Of a DNA stretch of 64,000 bases, positions 61,351 to 64,000 are shown piece by piece. Numbering within the stretch: position 1 is the first letter of the stretch; each line of letters opens with the position of its first letter. The notes under the pieces were generated by a model. That model saw only the letters and a list, made by a program, of their open reading frames with translations, had not been told where the DNA came from and did no database searches. Origin of the DNA: Octopus sinensis (Eukaryota); assembly GCF_006345805.1 (NCBI RefSeq), contig NC_043005.1, positions 22,568,001 to 22,632,000 on the forward strand. Direction: 5' to 3'. The translations under genes were made by a program, and so were the position numbers.

Positions 61351-62340
61351 ATAAGTATTTAAACTGAAATAGAAATAAAACATTTGTAAAATGTAGAATT
61401 TTCATATCTGCTGCATCACATCAGATATATGGATATAGTAATATAATAACATAACATTGTAATAATTTAACATATAGCATAATAACAACATAATAATCAC
61501 ATAATAATATAACAGCATAACGTATAGTAAAAACAGAGCAACTTATTAACAAAATTATAACAATATAAGATAATAATATAGTATAGTTGCTGTATAATTA
61601 GTACTTACAAATTAAACTCTACAGTTTATATTTAGCTCATTGGTTTCTGTGTACTTCTGATTGAATCTTGAAAGTTAGACAGGAGAGGAATAATCAACAG
61701 ATAGTACCTTACTATCTTTATTGTTAGCTCCAAGTTGTCCCTGATCTGGCAGACAGACCTATGATTCCATAAATGTCCTTAACAGTGGTAAATGATATAT
61801 TTTTAAATACAGTGGGGGAGTTTGCAACAGGAATGAATGCTCTTCAAGTTCACAAATCTGAAGATATCAATGAGATAGTAATTGTTCTCTGCTTCTAGGT
61901 TTTTACTTATTACAAACTGGTATCTCACAAATGTTCTCTTTCAAGGCATTATTACACTAAAATTCTTGATCACTTCTTTCTGCATGGTACACAATAAATC
62001 ATTAATTTATTGACAGAGATGTATTAGCCGTAGATGTTAATTTGGAAACTTTGGAAAGCAAGTGGTAGACTGATTAAAACAGAACATGTTATGTTTACTG
62101 CTTATGTAACATTAATGGTTTGTAATTCAGAAAGAATGACACTATGCACAGAATAATATATTATAGCTATGAAATAATTATATACATAAATGTATTCTGA
62201 CACAGCTAGCCATTTATTTAAAATGGCAACTTTCATTGTAAATACCAGTTAAGTTTGTTTAATCAGCTGTAAATAATTATTAGAAAACCCAGTAATATAC
62301 TAATAATTATCTTTACAATAGATAATGGCTGTTCACTTCT

Positions 62341-62575
62341 TATTTCTTTATTTCCCACAAGGGGCTAAACATAGAGAGGACAAACAAGGAGAGACAAAGG
62401 GATTAAGTCGATTACACCGACCCCAGTGTATGACTAGTACTTAATTTATCGAACCCAGAAGGATGAAAGGCAAAGTCAACCTCAGCAGAATTTGCACTCA
62501 GAACATAACAGCAGACGAAATACAGCTAAGCATTTCACCTGGCATGCTAACGTTTATGCTAGCTCATTGCCTTTC
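62341..62575 (-). mobile_element. SINE family 1 copy with the GTGGG..AAAGAAATA tail
   Basis: Reverse complement of the 22698-22930 type. Confidence 0.85.
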
Positions 62576-63617
62576 GGTTTCTACTTAATAAAGGAGTAAA
62601 GAATACATTACAAAACATTATCAATAACTGTAAAAAAGACACAAAAATAGATTACCTATACAGTGGTAACTGATCATGCAAGGGACAATATTCACTAACC
62701 CGCACAAGTAGTTATAATAATGATTTTCACTATTGATACAAGTGAAACAATAACAGACCTCCATTACCAGGCATGACTATATGGTAAAAAAGATTGCTTC
62801 ATTCTCAAGTAGTTTCAGGTTCAATTCCACAGCACAGAACTTTTGATAAATTTTAGCCTCAAATGCTTTGTGAGAGTAATTTGTTCAATTAGACATCTCA
62901 TCAAGCTCACCATGCGTGTATACATGTATCTTTGTGTATTTGTGTTTGTGTGAGTGTTTGTCACAGCACCAGTTATCAGAACCAGAGTTGTATAAGGAAA
63001 AGTGTAACTTAGTGAATGATTCAACAAATTTATATCAATGGTACACCTCAGACTAAAATAAATACCTATGTCCATGATATCGACTAAAATCCTTCAAATT
63101 AGTACCTCAGCCTTGTCACAATCTAATTACTGAAGCCAGTAAAAGAATAAAATAATATCCTGTAACTATACCAACTTAAGAGAATGATTTAAAGAGTATA
63201 CACCGATATTAACTTTACTAACTCAGAAGGAATACTTTCTCCTTAGCCAATATTTCTTCCAACAAAATAGTAGGGAAATATCTGAAAAGAATCCAATCAA
63301 AACACAAAGCAACATTTGGAAAACCAACATGTGGGAAATTGTATTTCACATAATGACAAAACACAAAACCATTCAAGTTCAATGATAAGATTGTACAAAC
63401 ATGTTTGGGATGACAAACACTGATCCTAGACAGAATAACCATACTAAAAACCTAGTATGATGTATCAATTCAGCTTTATAACATCTTATTTAGAGGTTTA
63501 CTCCTATGCAAACCAGAAGCAAGAAATTTCTACCACATGTCTGCTCAAAAGGTAGAAAGCAGCATCTGACAACAAAACTAAGCCATACAAAAACAAAACT
63601 GAAGATATTAGTGACAA

Positions 63618-64000
63618 CTAGCAGTATCACCCGGCGTTGCTCGGGTTTGTAAGGGAAATAACTATATAAGCATTTTTAGAGAGTTACTTCCCTTATATAA
63701 TAGCAAAAAAATGCATTAAAAATGGGAAAAAATTATGGTAAATTTTTTTTTAAATTGTAGACTCATCGTAGACGCGCGCTAATACCCAGAAGGGCTCGAT
63801 ATGAATTACGACTATAAGTTACCCACTTTTGGTTAAACTGCACCGCAAAATGTAGGAGTAGTTAGGAATCTAAATCGTAGGAGACAGACACACAACTTCA
63901 CTTTTATATATAACTAGCAGTATCGCCCGGCGTTGCTCGGGTTTGTAAGGGAAATAACTATATAAGCATTTTTAGAGAGTTACTTCCCTTATAGATGCCA
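63618..64000 (-). mobile_element. Two head-to-tail non-autonomous Helitron copies
   Basis: CTAG ends at 63618 and 63914; the first copy is internally deleted, the second runs off the window. Confidence 0.88.

Noticed and set aside
61720-61990. Possible CR1-type 3' remnant (similar hint at 2820-3060)
   Set aside because: Too decayed to support; only vague motif resemblance.

Overview
Eukaryotic, AT-rich, repeat-dominated genomic DNA. The two abundant tRNA-derived SINE families, (TA)n/(ATT)n tracts and Penelope relics are what I recognise from octopus (coleoid cephalopod) genomes; the taxon is an inference. No rRNA, CRISPR or prokaryotic features. One host gene is recoverable: a highly diverged SLC18B1-like MFS transporter on the minus strand. 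Ten coding exons lie between ~44910 and 2236. Phases join across the other junctions, but there are three anomalies: a 95-nt exon that breaks frame at its best donor, no recognisable TM5/motif-C exon, and no start codon or clean acceptor for the 5'-most exon found. The introns and flanks hold a decayed Ty3/Gypsy element, one Tc1 and two mariners, several Penelope-like elements, Helitrons, R4/Dong and RTE fragments, MITEs, many SINEs and several fold-back hairpins. Most notable observations: (1) a Tx1/L1-like LINE and a SINE subfamily share a 3' tail and are stacked at the same 10-bp site (GGTATTTCGT) inside another SINE; (2) a Penelope GIY-YIG endonuclease carries an in-frame Thr/Ala/Ser/Pro-rich insert (296 codons between the two motif tyrosines, versus 18 in a related copy 3 kb away); (3) four copies of a minimal hammerhead-like motif share the non-canonical core CUGUNGA. 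All translations and alignments were done by eye; no database searches were run.
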